From assembly GCA_028875725.1 (NCBI GenBank), contig JAPPCR010000023.1, positions 405,620 through 469,619 of the forward strand: DNA of 64,000 bases. The letters run 5' to 3'. Numbering within the stretch: the stretch's first letter is position 1; the number at the start of each line of letters is the position of its first letter. The notes beneath the pieces were generated by a model. That model saw only the letters and a program-made list of their open reading frames with translations. It was not told where the DNA came from and ran no database searches. This stretch comes from Acidobacteriota bacterium (GTDB taxonomy: Bacteria > Acidobacteriota > Thermoanaerobaculia > Multivoradales > Multivoraceae). Shown here one piece after another: positions 63,841-64,000 of the stretch. Position numbers and translations under genes: made by a program.

Positions 63841-64000
63841 CGTGCGTCGGCTCCGGCCGAAGCGTCGTCCGCCCGGCTTTCCAGGCTGAGCAGTCCGCGG
63901 TCGAGAATCCGGCGGCGGGCGGCCGAGTCGACCTCGCGCTCCAGCCGCTCGGCCGCGAGCGAGGTGGCGAGCCGGGCCGCGTGCTGCGCCAGCTCGACCC
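63837..64000 (-). CDS. atpF: ATP synthase Fo subunit b, C-terminal fragment (gene continues past window end)
   Basis: Reverse-strand translation ...[51 protein letters not shown] is an Ala/Arg/Glu-rich coiled coil. Its stop overlaps the atpH ATG (ATGA). Confidence 0.6.
   Translation of the reverse strand, partial: VELAQHAARLATSLAAERLEREVDSAARRRILDRGLLSLESRADDASAGADAR

Overview
High-GC (about 68-70% by eye) bacterial chromosomal segment. The lineage is uncertain: a TIGR03084/mycothiol-type DinB enzyme and a likely leaderless fur transcript hint at Actinobacteria, but this is not proven. Layout: (i) 1-14.6 kb is an unbroken array of 10 minus-strand genes for secreted or envelope proteins: three tandem paralogous lipoproteins (two complete, with C-terminal RTX Ca-binding repeats), two secreted amidohydrolases, an ASPIC/FG-GAP (CRTAC1-like) protein, a membrane multihaem cytochrome c with TPR repeats, a PBP transpeptidase and an arylsulfatase. 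Several are translationally coupled through ATGA/GTGA overlaps. (ii) 14.6-23 kb holds housekeeping genes (TraB-family, AAA ATPase, crotonase, GST, XRE regulator, pgi, HtrA) plus a TlpA-like thioredoxin gene interrupted by a single in-frame TGA at the redox-active position, a candidate selenoprotein. (iii) 23-30 kb is an iron-uptake locus: fur with a Fur-box-like palindrome in its own, probably leaderless, promoter, a TonB-dependent receptor, a PepSY membrane protein and a 2Fe-2S protein, followed by a PQQ dehydrogenase, DUF1330, a ParDE toxin-antitoxin pair and tRNA-Gln(CUG). (iv) 31-35.3 kb carries a DinB-like enzyme and a three-subunit molybdo-hydroxylase (2Fe-2S, Mo subunit, cytochrome P460-like). 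(v) About 35.3-58.3 kb is a lower-GC genomic island ending at tRNA-Ser(GCU). It carries a P4-type integrase, two tandem XerC/D-like recombinases (the second read-through fused to an MntA nucleotidyltransferase) with a HepT HEPN toxin, two inverted paralogous DUF1156 DNA methyltransferase copies (one truncated), and a predicted three-component R-M-like defence module: DUF1156 methyltransferase, DUF499 ATPase with an N-terminal Swt1-like HEPN domain, and an SNF2 helicase with a C-terminal PD-(D/E)xK nuclease. The island also holds several small uncharacterised genes. (vi) 58.7-64 kb is the F1Fo ATP synthase operon, atpF (partial)-H-A-G-D-C, on the minus strand. A roughly 50-bp double-hairpin repeat occurs three times, each time just 3' of a stop codon. 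No CRISPR array and no rRNA were seen.
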